Made by a program: the position numbers and the translations under genes. Shown piece by piece: positions 45,420-58,143 of a DNA stretch of 64,000 bases. Source of the stretch: Scyliorhinus canicula (taxonomy: Eukaryota); assembly GCF_902713615.1 (NCBI RefSeq), contig NC_052151.1:203765974-203829973 (forward strand), written 5' to 3'. Positions within the stretch are counted from its first letter, which is position 1; every line of letters starts with the position of its first letter. A model generated the notes under the pieces. The model saw only the letters and a program-made list of their open reading frames with translations, was not told the DNA's origin and did no database searches.

Positions 45420-47560
45420 AAGACATGGGATATTCAGCATTGAATGAGGAAGTAAAGAGAGGCTTATGGTAGACTCAGAGAGCGCAAAAGAGTGGATGCT
45501 CTCGAAGAATATTTAAAGTGCAAAGGATTACTTGAAAAGGAAATTGGGAGAGCAAAGAGGGAGCATTCACAAGCACTCGTGGGCCATGTAAATGAAAGTA
45601 ACAAGGTGATTAATAGTATATTATGGGCAAGGGGATACACATGGAAAGGGTACGGCCCATTAGTAATGAAAGGGGCAACCTGCGTGCAGCTGAAACGTAG
45701 GTGAAGTATTAAATGCGCACATTGCATCTGTTTTCATTATGGATGGTTGTGATATAATTCAACAGATCAGCATTGAGATGCAGGGTGCTAATGATTTGGC
45801 TGACTAAAAGAGGATGAATCGCAAGGCCCGGATAAGATGTTTAGAGACCGCTGTCTGATCCAAAGTAGGAGATTGCAGAGCCTCTGGTGCTAATTTTCAA
45901 ATCCTCTCTGGCCATAGGAGAGTTGTCAGAGAACTGGACGAGTGCTAAAGTTCTACCAATGTTGAAGTAGAGGAAAACAGGTAACTACAGGCCAGTGATT
46001 TTAGCGTTAGCGGTAGGGAAATTCTTGGAAAATGTCTGAGGGACAGCATTAATCTCCACTTGGAGAGGCAGGGATTATTCGAGGATAGTCAGCATTGCTA
46101 AAGGGGGGGGGGGAGCGGGAGACCATGTCTGACAAATTTGCTTGAACTTTTCGAGCAGGTGACTAGTTGTGTAGATGATGGCAATGCAGTTGATCTAGTC
46201 TGCATGGACCTCAGTAAGGCATTTGGCAAGGTCCCACATGGGAGACAGGTCAAGAAGGGAACAGTCCATGGGATCCATGGGAATTTGACAAATTGAATTC
46301 CAAATTAGCATTGTGCAGGACACAGAGGCTAATGGTCTTATGTTGATTTTGTGACTGGAAGCCAGTGTCCAGTGGTGTACTGCAGGGATCGGTGCTGGGC
46401 CCCTTGCACTTTGTAGTGTACATAAATGATGTAGGCACAGAGGGCAGTGAGCATCAGGAATGAGCTGGCAGAGGCAATGGTAGAGGCGGGTATAATTGTT
46501 TATTTCAAAAACAGTTAGAAAGTTACATGGGCAAGGTGGGTATAGAGGGATATGCGCCAAATGCAGGCAAGTGGGACTAGTTTAGTGAAACAAACTGGGC
46601 GGCGTGGACAAGCTGGTCCAAAGGGCCTGTTTCCATGATGTAAACATCTATGACTCTATGACTCTAGACGGGAATGTGGGGGGTGTATGATCAGTAAGTT
46701 CGCAGATAACACGAGAATTGGTGGCGTGGTAAATGGCGAAGGAGAATACCTTAGATTACAGGATGATATAGATGGGCTGGTAGAATGGACAGAATTGTGT
46801 CAACTGTAAAGTGTGGTGATGCATTTCGAAAAGACTAAGACGGCATGCAAATACAGAATGAACGGTAGGATGTACATAGGACCAGAGAGACTTTGGGCTG
46901 CGTGTCCAAAGATCACCGAAGGCAGCAGGACAGATAGATAAAGTGGTTAAGAAGTCATATGAGATACTTGCCTATATTAACTGAGGAATAGAAAATAAAG
47001 GCAAGGAGGTTATGATGGAGCTCAACAAGCCACAGCTAGAGTACTGTGCGCAGTTCCGGTTGTCACAATATAGGAAAGATGTGGCTTCACTGGAAAAGGT
47101 GCAGAGGAGATTCGCTAAGATGTTGTCTGGGCTGGAGCGTTTCAGCTATAAAGAGGGGTTCGATAGGCTGGGCTTGTTTTCCATACAGCAGAGAAGTTTG
47201 AGGGGGTGACCACATCAAGGTGTTAAAACTTATGAGTGATATCAGTAGGGTAGATAGGAAGAACATTTCCCCCTGAAAATGAGAGATCAATAAAAATGGG
47301 GCATAGATTTAAGATAGGGGCAGGAGTCTTTGAAGGTATGTGCGGAAAAGCTTTTCCACCCAGGTGGTGGTGGGAAATTGAACTCACTGCCTGTAAGTGT
47401 AATCAAGACGGAAAGCCCCACAACATTTGAGATGCATTTAGATGAGCATTTGAAATGCTGTAGCATTCAAGGTTAACGGACTAAGAAATTAGATTCGGAT
47501 AGCCGCTTGGTGGACGGAACACACACGATGGGCCGAAGTTCCTCTTTCTGTGCTATAAAA
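45420..47560 (+). mobile_element. Decayed CR1 ORF2 with a nested CR1 3' end (about 46435-46665)
   Basis: [38 protein letters not shown] remnants; inner (CTATGACT)n tail at 46648-46665. Confidence 0.8.
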
Positions 47561-47569
47561 CTCTGCCAT

Positions 47570-47895
47570 TCCGAGCTGCTGCATAATTGATGATGGATTT
47601 GTGATATTAGGGTCGCAGTTGCAATATTACCGTATTTATCTATTTGGCCAGTAAGTGGTATTAATAAATCTGGCCATGCATAACGATATAAAACCAGTGG
47701 ATATACTGAAGAGAAAACTGCTGGATTTCGTGCGGTTCTCAATCTCTGGATCCTTGTCATTCTGTCCATTGTTGCACCTGCTGCACATTCATTGTTCCCG
47801 GATCCAGAACAGCTGTTTTCTAGGTGCAATATTTTGCCTTCAACTGCTCACGGGAAACACAATCTTGTCAGAAATGAACACCACTGTATGCTAGG
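47570..47895 (-). pseudogene. GPR139-like GPCR pseudogene fragment
   Basis: Reverse strand reads HTVVFISD...EQLKAKYCT*KTAVL.PGTMNV, then NNGQNDKDPEIENRTKSSSFLFSISTGFISL, colinear with the 16.5-kb GPCR; has stops, a frameshift and an internal deletion. Confidence 0.75.
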
Positions 47896-48630
47896 CGGAA
47901 ACATGTGTCTTTGCGGAAAGCAGTGAAATGAATGCTTCTACACATACAGAAGTGCAAAACAGGAACTGACTTTGCAAATAAAGCACACCAACCTGCATTA
48001 AGTACTAGGTTGGAAAGATTCGCAATGAACATCAAGTCAGATGTGTTATCGTAGTGAAGGTACAAACCGAGTCATTGGCCTAAGTTCTGCTTTAACCCAC
48101 GGAAATGTGGGTAACACCATTTTAAATAATGAATTGCGAAGTACAGAGAACATAGAACATTACATAGAACATTACAACGCAGTACGGGCTCTTCGGCCCT
48201 CGATGTTGCACCGACCTGTGAAACCATCTGAAACCTATCTGACCTACACTATTCCATTTTCATTCATATGTCTATCTAGTGACCACTTAAATGCCCTTAA
48301 GTAGCTTGAGAGAGTGCGTTATATCACCGCGGGATGCAGAAAAAGGACAAATAGGTTATAGTTTCTAAAAAAAAAGGTTGTAATTTGGGTTGGAAGGAGA
48401 GTCACCATTTTATGAGGGAAAAACCTATTGATTAAATTTGGAGTTTGTTCTAGTTTAGACTGAATTTGGGGAATATTGAAGCATTGAGACGTGCAGGCTA
48501 TTTGTTTCTCTCTGATAACTGAGTCTAAAGTTTCTGGAAAATCAAAGAAAACCAGAGCTTCAATGATCAGTTGAGGCTTCGGGTTGTAAAATGGAGTTTG
48601 ATACCGGGACAGTGAGTGCATTGAGCGGCA

Positions 48631-48643
48631 GGAAACGAAACTG
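48631..48643 (+). promoter_or_regulatory. ISRE-like IRF-binding motif GGAAACGAAACTG
   Basis: Matches the AGTTTCNTTTCC consensus in non-repeat DNA; function untested. Confidence 0.3.
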
Positions 48644-48649
48644 TTCTTT

Positions 48650-48996
48650 CATAGAATTTACAGTGCAGAAGGAGGCCATTCGGCCCATCGAGTCTGCACC
48701 GGTTCTTGGAAAGAGCACCCTACCCAAGGTCAACACCTCCACCCTATCCCCATAACCCAGTAACCCCACCCAAAACTAAGGGCAATTTTGGACACTAGGG
48801 GCAATTTATCATGGCCAATCCACTTGACCTGCACATCATTGTGACTGTGGGAGGAAACTGGAACACCCGGAGGAAACCCACGCACACACGGGGAGGATGT
48901 GCAGACTCCACACTGACAGTGACCCAAGCCGGAATCGAACTTGGGACCCTAGAGCTGTAAAGCGTTTGTGCTATCCACAATGCTACCGTGCTGCCC
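48650..48996 (-). mobile_element. HE1-type SINE, full length
   Basis: Complete head, V-domain and tail. Confidence 0.92.
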
Positions 48997-49329
48997 CGTT
49001 CTGAAGGGGTTGAAGTGAAGCAGGACAGGTGGTTTGGGAATGTGTAAAAAATGAAACAGGCTATAACGACATTTCGTTATTTTAGAGAAATCGAAGTCAA
49101 GTGTGAAAAAAACAGGCAGGGATGTATAATACCGAGTACCATTGCACATTTAATAGTGCTTTTATCACATAATGTGAGGTAACGGCTTTCCAATAACTCC
49201 AACAGGATCGGAAATGAACTCTATCAGAATAATTACATGAAACCCCATTTCTATCAGATGCACTGAATTAAGTTGATACAGAACCATTAGCTTCGACGTG
49301 CTCTCTGAGATGATCCATTACAAGGGGTG

Positions 49330-51310
49330 GTGATTTAGACGGGACATTGGTCTCCATGGTCTCGCTCATACCCCTGCAGTCTCACCATCAGTTCCTCCAA
49401 TGTCGCTAGCCTGTCCTGTGTAACAGTCAGTATCCCTCGTTATGTCTCCATCTCTTAAAGATGGCGTCAAGCACGGCTGATGCGAACCTGTGCTTCCAGA
49501 GATGGTGGTTATTTTCGTGAAGCCGGTGCTGCCCCTTCTGGTTCCAGGATCTGATGGTGCCTACCACCACTGGGCCTGTTGAGTGTTTTGTTGGTGAATA
49601 TGGAAGCGCTGCCATGGTGAGGGATTTGAAGGTCCTCTCTCTACAGGAACTCTCCTCCATCCTCACCCATTACATGTTTGGTTCTTTCACCCAACCCTCT
49701 TCACTCGATGCCGTGGTTGCCCAATGGTAGTACAGTCGGTTTTGTAGGGTTGGAAGAGCCAGGAGCCCCATCTTTCTTCTTCTTTATCGGAGTTCTTTGG
49801 GGATCCTTGGATTCTCCCCCCCCCCCCCCCCCTCCACACACACACACTCGCGCAGACACACCCCGACACACGCGCAAATGCCATAATCATCTAATTTTCG
49901 TGTTGCAAACGGAGCACGAAGAAGAACCTGGGCATTGCATTCACCTTGATTGTACCCTCCCCACCAGGGAAAGCGGAAGTGTTTCCCATTTCTTTAGGTC
50001 GTTTTTGCTGCTTCCACCAGACTGTTGAGATTCTATTCGTGGACCCATGTCCAGTCAGGGACAATCTGGATCCCAAGGTAGTGAAAGTTCCTTTGGACTA
50101 GTTTCACTTGGTAGTCCCTTGAGCTCTGCCCCTCCCCCTCTGCGATTCATAGGGAATACTTTCCTCTTGCTCACGTTGAGTTTGTAGCCCGAAAAGGCTC
50201 CAAAATCTCTCACAGGAGCGATATGATCCCTTCCATGCAGCTTTGAAAAATGAAAAAAAAATGAAAATCGCTTATTGTCACGAGTAGGCTTCAATGAAGT
50301 TACTGTGAAAAGCCCCTAGTCGACACATTCCGACGAGGCTGACGTTCCAACGACGGGAATCGAACCGTGTTGCTGGCCTGCTTAGTATGCTTTAAAAGCC
50401 AGCGATTTAGCTGAGTGAGCTAAACCAGCCCGCATGATGGTCCAGGATGCAGAGGAGCAGGTCATCCACATAGAGGGAGATTCTGTGCTCTCTCTCTCCT
50501 CTTCGAATTCCCTTCCAGCTTCTCGCCATTCTGAGGGCGATCACCAATTTCTCAATTGGTAGGGCGAACAAGAGTGGGGACAGCGGGCATCCATACCTTG
50601 TGCCTCTGGGCAGTTAAATATTCAGATCTAGTGGTGTTGGTCTGTGTACTGGCCTTGGGGGTGTTGTACAGGAGTTTCAACCATGAGGTGAAACCTGTCC
50701 CTCGCGCAAACTGCTCTAGTACCTCAATGAGGTGCTTCCACTCGACTCCATTGAAGACCTCAGCGTCCAGGGAGATGATCAATTCTCGTGCTCCTTCCCT
50801 GCGTAGTGTCATTGACACGTTCAGCAGTCGTCTGATGTTCGCTGCTAGGTGCCTACTCTTGTCAAAATCCGTAAGCACAGTTTTCTACCGACTTAGCAAG
50901 GGCTTTTGCAAGTATTTTCGCGTCCACATTGAGCAGAAACATGCGTCTGTATGATCCGCATTTCATTGGGTCTTTGTCCTTTTTGGGTATCAGCGAAATA
51001 GTGCCTTGTGTTAGCGTCGGAGGAAAGATGCCCCTTGCCAGCAAGTCTCTGAACATCTCCCGCATGTGTGGGGCCAGTGCAGTTGCGAAGTTTTTATAGA
51101 GGTTCACTGGGAACCCATCTGGTCCTGGCACCTTCCCCACGTACATGGAGCTGATGTTTTCCATGACCTCTCCCAATCCTAGTGGTGCCCCAACCCCCTC
51201 CCCCATCTCTCCAAATAACTGGCATGTTCTTTCATCCCTACGAAATGTAAAGCATCTGCTAAAAGGCCTTGAATGCTTTGTTGACCTTTTTTGCTTGGGC
51301 GACCAGACCG
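49330..51310 (-). mobile_element. L1/Tx1 ORF2 RT fragment
   Basis: GKVPGPDGFP, ISLIPKKDKDP, LLNVDAKILAK, ISLDAE, YVDDLL, FSGYKLN. Confidence 0.87.
50250..50432 (-). mobile_element. tRNA-head SINE with (TTTCA)n tail (second family)
   Basis: Reverse of GGTTTAGCTCA..GCTAAATCGCTGGCTTT..GGTTCGATTCCCG..TTCACAGTAACTTCATTGAAGCCTACTCGTGACAATAAG; same family as 55905. Confidence 0.8.
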
Positions 51311-51894
51311 CATCTTTTATCCTTCACCGTCCAACGATGTGGAGATTAGATTGATTGGCTATGCTAAATTTGGCCCCTTATTGTCCAAAGTTTATGTGTG
51401 GTTATGGGGCGATGGGGATGGGGTGAATGCGTGGACCTGGGTAGGGCGTTCTTTCAGAGGGTTGGTGCAGACTCGAGTCACTTCTGTACTGTAGAGATTC
51501 TGTAAAGGGCCCCACCTATTGTTTCTTTACTGTTCCCATTCCCTCTCACTCAGTAAACACCTCCTAATTTCTAATGTTTTCTCGAGTCTCTGACACGGGA
51601 TAATTTTCTTTTTGGATCTTCATCATTGAGTAAATTGTGATAGGTGGTACACCCCTGCGTGAGTTTGCTCCGGGTGTTCCGGTCTCCTCCCATTAGTCCC
51701 AAAAGACATGCTTGTTAGGTTATTTAGACATTTTGAATTATCTTTCTGTGTACCCGAACAGGCGCAGGGGTGTGGTGACTAACGGGATTTTCACAGTAAC
51801 TTCATTGCTAATGTATACCTACTTGTAACACGAATAATGATGATTATTACTCTTTTCCTCTCTCTTCCTCCTCGCCAATTTTTTAGTTTTCTTA

Positions 51895-52232
51895 GAACAT
51901 AGAACAGTACAGCACATAACAGGCCCTTCGGCCCTCGATGTTGTGCCGAGCAATGATCACCCTACTCAAACCCACGTATCCACCCTATACCCGTAACACA
52001 ACAACCCCCCCCCCCCTTACTTTTTAGGACACTAGGGGCAATTTAGCATGGCCAATCCACCTAACCCGCACATCTTTGGACTGTGGGAGGAAACCGGAGC
52101 ACCCGGAGGAAACCCACACACACACGGGGAGGACGTGCAGACTCCGCACAGACAGTGACCCAGCCGGGAATCAAACCTGGGACCCTGGAGCTGTGAAGCA
52201 TTTATGCTAACCACCATGCTACCGTGCTGCCC
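51895..52232 (-). mobile_element. HE1-type SINE, full length
   Basis: Head, V-domain and TAGAACA tail. Confidence 0.9.
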
Positions 52233-53599
52233 AGCCTTCTTCCTCTGATAATTTGTTGATCTCTTCAGCTCCCTCCGAAAGTTCCTTTGTCCCAAACTCT
52301 AAACTACAGCTTTGTTCCTACATTAATTTCACTGACTGTCTCGTAGATGGGAATCACATTGACACAAGATCCAGGTCAAAGAGGCAGCTTTGGTTGCAAC
52401 GTAGACTATTTCAAGGAAATAATGTTAACGAACAGAGTTAACTTGGCCTTTTGTTCTCAGGTTTTGTTCAGGATATTTAAGCCCCACTCTATCTGTCTCA
52501 TTTTATAGTCCTGTCATAAAAAGGTTTTGTGAAAAAAATAGGGTTGTGGAAGTACGTCTGAGTATAGAAGGAATTTTATTTTCTGCAGTTCACTAAAACA
52601 CAGGTGGAGATATAGGGCTCATCTTGGATGGGGTATTGAGTCACTATTACCACAAAACGATCCAATGGCATTGGATACCGTAATTAATGACGGATGTTTG
52701 ACGTATGAGACAGTGTCAGGTTCAGATTAATCCTTGCTCCAACATAGCAGGGCGAATTGCGGTTGCAATGATTCGTCTGAAGGTCGTGTTTATGATGTAT
52801 TTCGTAACTGATCTTTGACCAGGGTGTGTGAATGAAACATGCAGTTAATTTACCGAAATTCGGGAAACCGAATTCTGAGGCGCATGGCAAGGTAAAGATG
52901 AAGAATATATTGAGCAGAATTACAGTATTTTACCTTATCGGAATGGGCCCATCTCCGATTATATGTGCATTTGTTCAGTACTGTTGTTCAATGTTGTAAC
53001 TATCGGAAAAAAATTATTTATCCAGAAATTGACTTCTGGGACAGCACCATTTAAATATCATTTGACTCACAAAAATGCACCCCAATTAATTACTTTTAAG
53101 CAAACCATTCAGCACAATCCCTTTCCATGGCAATCCAAAGTTTGGAATGGGAGAGAGGGGTGGAGGAATTGGAAAGGGGGGGGCGGGGGTGGTGGGGGGC
53201 GGGGTGGCAGGAGAGGGGAATCGCTCTTCGATCCCTGAGTCTCCCTTGGCTTTCATTCTTGCTGCAGTCCACCGAGCCTGCATCGAAATATTTCTTCCTG
53301 AGAAGGTCATCTGTTGTTCCAATAGTTTGTCCTCTGTCTTTCGCTCCACTTTCCTCTGGCAATACAACTATCAAACACATCGAATATTGGATCCTTTCCA
53401 CACTGATAGAGAATTTCGGTATTGGAGTGTAGGGCTTAGTCTGAAACTTCTGCTCTAATTGCATCACTAGTAGCCGATAGGTAAAGCCCTTTGTTTCACG
53501 GCGAAAGCAAATGTTTGAGAGGGTTCGAGGAGATTTTGAATTTCAATCGTTCATGGATCTAAGATTTTCATGGAAATAATGGGAAGAATTTTCTAATTC

Positions 53600-54175
53600 T
53601 AATCATCTTCATTGTCACAAGAATGCTTTCATTAACACTGCAATGAAGTTATTGTGAAGAGCCCCTAGTTGCCAGATTTCGGCGCCTGTTCGGGTACACT
53701 GAGGGAGAATTCCGAATGTCCAATTCACCTAACAGCATTTTATCACCTAATAAAAAAGAAAAAAAAGGATCACTGTTGGTGCGGAATCTGCCCGTTCTCC
53801 CTGTGTCTGTGTGGGTTTCGTCCCGGTGCTCCCGTTTCCTCCCACAGTCTAAAGATGGGCAAATTAGGTGGATTGGCCATGGTAAATTGCCCTGAGTGTC
53901 ACAAAAACGGGTAGATGTGGCTATTGCGTTATGGGGTAGGGTGGAAGGAAGAGACTAAGTAGGTCTGTGCAGACTCGATGGGCTGAATGGCCTCTTTCTA
54001 CACTGTATGGTCTGTGTTTTGGCAATTGTGGGAGGAAACCGGAGCACCCGGAGGAAACCCACGCAGAGACGGGGGAACGTGCAGACTCCGCACAGACATT
54101 GACCCAGTCGGGAATAGAACCTGTGACTCTGGCGACGTGAAGCGATCGTGCCGCCCTCCGTCTTACCGTGCTTCC
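53600..54175. mobile_element. Cluster of three SINE pieces (-, +, -)
   Basis: Second-family tail at 53600-53730, HE1 (+) at 53770-54010, HE1 5' half (-) at 54015-54175. Confidence 0.75.
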
Positions 54176-54641
54176 AGTCTATACACACACTTTGACATTG
54201 TTGATATTTGTCAATGGCCTTCCCAACCTCAGCCTACAGGAGGTAATAAATGGATTTCAGACCCATTGATTCCGGTGAGTTATCTGTGGTGTCACAAATG
54301 TTCGTAGTTTGGCCATATTTCCCTGACGAACACGGAGCACTTACTCTGGCTCTGGGTTGTGGGGTGATGTTGGCAGTACTCCCGGAGAAAATGTGACTGA
54401 CCTCTGCTGCTAGTGACGATGCCTTGCACCTGAAGGTTCCCTTCTGGGATGTTCGGTATGGCGAGCCCAAACATTCTTACTCTGCGGTTTGCTGGGACGC
54501 ACATAAAGTGGGTTAGTCATCTATCGACCGCGAAATTCTCTACCCCGCCAATTTTTTCTCCATTGATAGGGCCACGGAAAGTAAAATCTTTGCAATTTTA
54601 AAATCTCTATCAAAGCGTCATATAACTTTGATTTATTTCAG

Positions 54642-54733
54642 TGGATTGCAATATAACGTCTATTGCGACAATGGCTGAAGGACGGAATCAGAATGATAAT
54701 GCAAGATTTTCTCAAGAACAAAACAAGTCACAG
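54642..54733 (+). CDS. Probable first coding exon of a shark-type NLR gene (ATG at 54671, MAEGRNQND...)
   Basis: Acceptor TTTGATTTATTTCAG, good Kozak context ACAATGG, donor CAG|GTAAGA; phase does not match the next exon. Confidence 0.55.
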
Positions 54734-54859
54734 GTAAGAAGAATAAGACCGAAATAAAAGCGTTTCAAATATTAGCTTTATCACCACCAGCAATCCAAAG
54801 CTCAATTACCGCTCACGCAGGGATCAGCAGCAATTGATGGACTGCGTGGTATTTTGAAT

Positions 54860-55170
54860 TATTCCATGGGACATGGAGGTCGCTGATGAGGCCAGAATAA
54901 TGTGACAATTTTTAATTGTTCTGGACCAGAGTGGATTGCTTTGCGATTAATGAGAGCAAATAAGAGTTAGCCACGTGGCCACAGATTCGGGGTCACATGT
55001 AATGAACCAGATTCGGTGTTTTTCAACACTCAAAAACAGTTTCAAGGTTATTTTGTCAAGTTGTTATTTAAAGGTTTTATTTTATCTCTGACATCCACCA
55101 TGGTGCAATTTGAACCAATGTTCTCAGAAGTTGTTTTGTGAGTGCAGTGACATAATGACCATGCCACTAT
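54860..55170 (-). mobile_element. Degenerate DeuSINE
   Basis: Similar to 22010-23362 (AAGAGTTAGCCAC..GGTCACATGTA; ATGGTGCAATTTGAACC). Confidence 0.55.
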
Positions 55171-55199
55171 CTGAAGGAAAGCGCCACATTGTCCTGAGT

Positions 55200-55810
55200 C
55201 ACTTATGGGCAGAACCATTTTAGCTGAACGCAGACACTTCAGAACTATCAGGCCTGTGGGCCAAAGCCATTTCAGCGGAGTGCAGGCACTTCAGTACTGT
55301 CAAGCCCGTGGGACAGTGTCATTTCAGCTGATAGCTGGCAACTGCAGTGCTCTCAGGCCTGTGGGTCAGAGCCATTTCAGCTAAGGCTGTCAGGATTGTG
55401 GAACAGACCCATTTCAGCTGAGTGTAGATGCGACAGTTCTACCAGTCCTGTGGGATAGTGCAATTTCAGCTCAAGGCAGATACTTCAGTGCTCTCAGCCT
55501 TGTTGGACAGCGCCATTTCAGTTGAAGGCAGACACCTCAAAACTCTCAGCCTTGTGGGACAGAGCCATGTCAGCTCAAGGTAGACACTTCAGTGCTCTCA
55601 GACTCGTCGGACAGAGCCATTTCAGCTCAAGGCAGACACCTCAGTACTGTCAGGATTGTCGGAAGGAGCCATTTCAGCTCAAGGCAGATATTTCGCTCCA
55701 CTCAACCTTGTCGGACAGCAACTTCAGCTCAAGGCAGATATTTCAGTACTCTCAGGCTTGTGGACAGAGCCAGATCAGCCGGCAGCAGACACGTCACTGC
55801 TCTCAGGCGC
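55200..55810. repeat. About 52-bp unit minisatellite, about 12 copies
   Basis: GGACAGAGCCATTTCAGCTCAAGGCAGACACTTCAGTGCTCTCAG.CTTGT recurs at 55557, 55609, 55661 and 55713. Confidence 0.9.
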
Positions 55811-55904
55811 AATATAACAACTATTCCGAAAGATCATCAATATGTCTTACATTTCCTCTTATACAGTAGCTTTTGAAGATCGACTCCTCGAGTTTTCTTT
55901 AACA

Positions 55905-56070
55905 GGTGCTGTTTAGCACAGGGCTAAATCGCTGGCTTTGAAACTAGACCAAGCAGGCCAGCAGCACGGTTCGATTCCCGTTACAGCCTCCCCGAACAGG
56001 CGCCGGAAAGTGGCGACTAGGGGTTTTTCACAGTAACTTCATTTGAAGCCTACTCGTGACAATAAGCGGT
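55905..56070 (+). mobile_element. tRNA-head SINE with TTTCA tail and TSD TAACAGG
   Basis: GTTTAGCACAGGGCTAAATCGC head, GGTTCGATTCCCG B-box; TAACAGG on both sides. Confidence 0.85.
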
Positions 56071-56638
56071 TTTCATTTCCTAACAGGCATGAACACTCAC
56101 CGGCACAGAATTTACACTCATCTGAAGTGTTATATTTCCATTGCTATCCCTGTTGTTGTACACCCCGTAATTCAGATGCGTGCATGTCACAAGTTTTTCC
56201 ATTTGCAGTGTCCACTTTTCAGTCTGGATCTGCGGAGTTGAGCTCTTCAGCCCGACGTTGATAAACAGATAGACGGACACGACCGAATAGTCAATTGGAT
56301 ATATTGACAGCATTGTATACAATACAGGAATTAACCTGTCAATTGATAAGAAAAGATGCCTGGCTTACGAAAAGCTTTGAGGCAAGACTGATGGAAGAAT
56401 TTGGGCAACTTGACATTCCCAGACTTGAAATTGGGAAATGCAAATGCATATCCACAATCTTCCATTAATTAATTCAACGTAGATTCAACGGTAATGGTTT
56501 AAAAAAAAGATAATCATGATAGCACACTGCAGAATATGAATTTATTGGAATTGAAATACAAATGAAAAGGTTGCATTCCAATCCACATTTTTTAAAAAAT
56601 CAGCTGAAGAATATATTCGTTTAATTTTATGTGCTCAG

Positions 56639-56805
56639 TGCGGATCTCTTCAATCAGTGACATCCTCAAAGAGTGCAACGATTACCAACTCTGGCAGTTT
56701 ACGGAATTCTACCGGGCCAGACTAGAACAGGCAATTGAGAGGGGAGTGGATGGAGTCAGCTCATTGTTAACATACGGGAATCGATTCAATGGAGAAGAAC
56801 ATCGG
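56639..56805 (+). CDS. NLR (NACHT-LRR, NLRP3/NLRC3-like annotated) N-terminal death-fold exon, cartilaginous-fish type
   Basis: ISDILKECNDYQLWQFTEFYRARLEQAIERGVDGVSSLLT...EEHR resembles the recurrent N-terminus of shark NLRs (recalled, not searched); phase-1 acceptor CTCAG|TG, donor CGG|GTAAGT. Confidence 0.7.
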
Positions 56806-57944
56806 GTAAGTAGGAGGTGAAACTAAATGGTGTCAATATTGCAGACCCGAGACCTTCTGACAAAGCTTTGTGACTTACACTCATCGGGACAAATGCAAGT
56901 ATTCCAAGTTTCAAAAGATCGTTTCTGCGCAATCTCTGTTTTTAGCAATATTATAATAGACAGAGTTCAGGCAGCTTCATCAGGAATACAAGACATTGGA
57001 TCCAAGGACCGTAGAATTATGCTGTGTAAATCTGACATAATACAAGCAGAGCAAATACCCAGCAATTTCAGAAGTAGTCATGGCATCTGAGGGTACTGTT
57101 TTGCTATCAACCTTTTTCCGTAGAAACATTATTAAAGACATTTTGCATACATTAAAATATCAGCAACCCCAAAACCCAGCCACAAAAACTCAAGCCGACT
57201 GCAGCCACTGATAACAAGCCCACCCGTCTCACCACCCCCTTAGTTTTTCCCACACAGCGTCCCACCCACACCCGAAACAAAGTAACGATGAAAAACCCTT
57301 AGCAACCCCCCTTCCCGCTGTCACCTTAGTGCACTTTAAATAAGTCGATACACGGGTTCCACCTCTAGGTGAACCCCTCCTCTGTTCCCCGTAAAGTGAT
57401 CTTCACTGTTTCCAAATGCAGGAATTCTACCAGGCCGCTCACCCTTACCTCCGCCTTTGGCGGCTCCAAGTCCCGCCAGCTCAATAGAATCTGTCTTCGG
57501 GCTATCAGGCAGGCAAAGGCCAAGGCATCTCCCCGGCTCGTTTAACACGATGAATATCGCCACCTCTGGACTAGGGGCCACCGCTACACTCAAAATCGCG
57601 GACTGAACACCACAGAACCCCTTCTAGAACCCTCACAGATTTGGAGAGGCCGAGAACATGTGGGCGTTATTCGTGGCCGAACACCCCCCCCCCCTCCCCC
57701 GAATACCGCCCACACCGATCCTCCATCCCTGCAAAGAACTGGTTCATCTGCGGCATGTGGGCCTTGTGCAACATCTTAAATTGGATGATTTTTAACCTCA
57801 CAAACGATGAGGATGCATTCACCTGTGCAGGGCTCCCTTCCAGAGCCTCGCCCTCACCTCCCACCTAACTTTCCATTTGCGCCGGATGTCCTCCTCTGGC
57901 GCACCCTTTCTCTCCATCAGTTCTCCAGAAATGTCTGTCACAGA

Positions 57945-58143
57945 GGGCGGCATGGTGGCGCAGTGATTAGCACTGCTGCCTACGGGGCTGAGAACCCTGT
58001 CTGTGGAGTTTGCACATTCTCCTCGTGTCTGCGTGGATCTCACACCCATAACCCGAAGATGTGCAGGGTAGATGGATTGTCCAGGTTAAGTTGCCCATTA
58101 ATTGAAAAACTTGGGTACTCCAAAATTATATTACCAAAAAAAT
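57945..58143 (+). mobile_element. tRNA-derived SINE (short form)
   Basis: GGGCGGCATGGTGGCGCAGTG head; similar to the 15829 copy. Confidence 0.75.
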
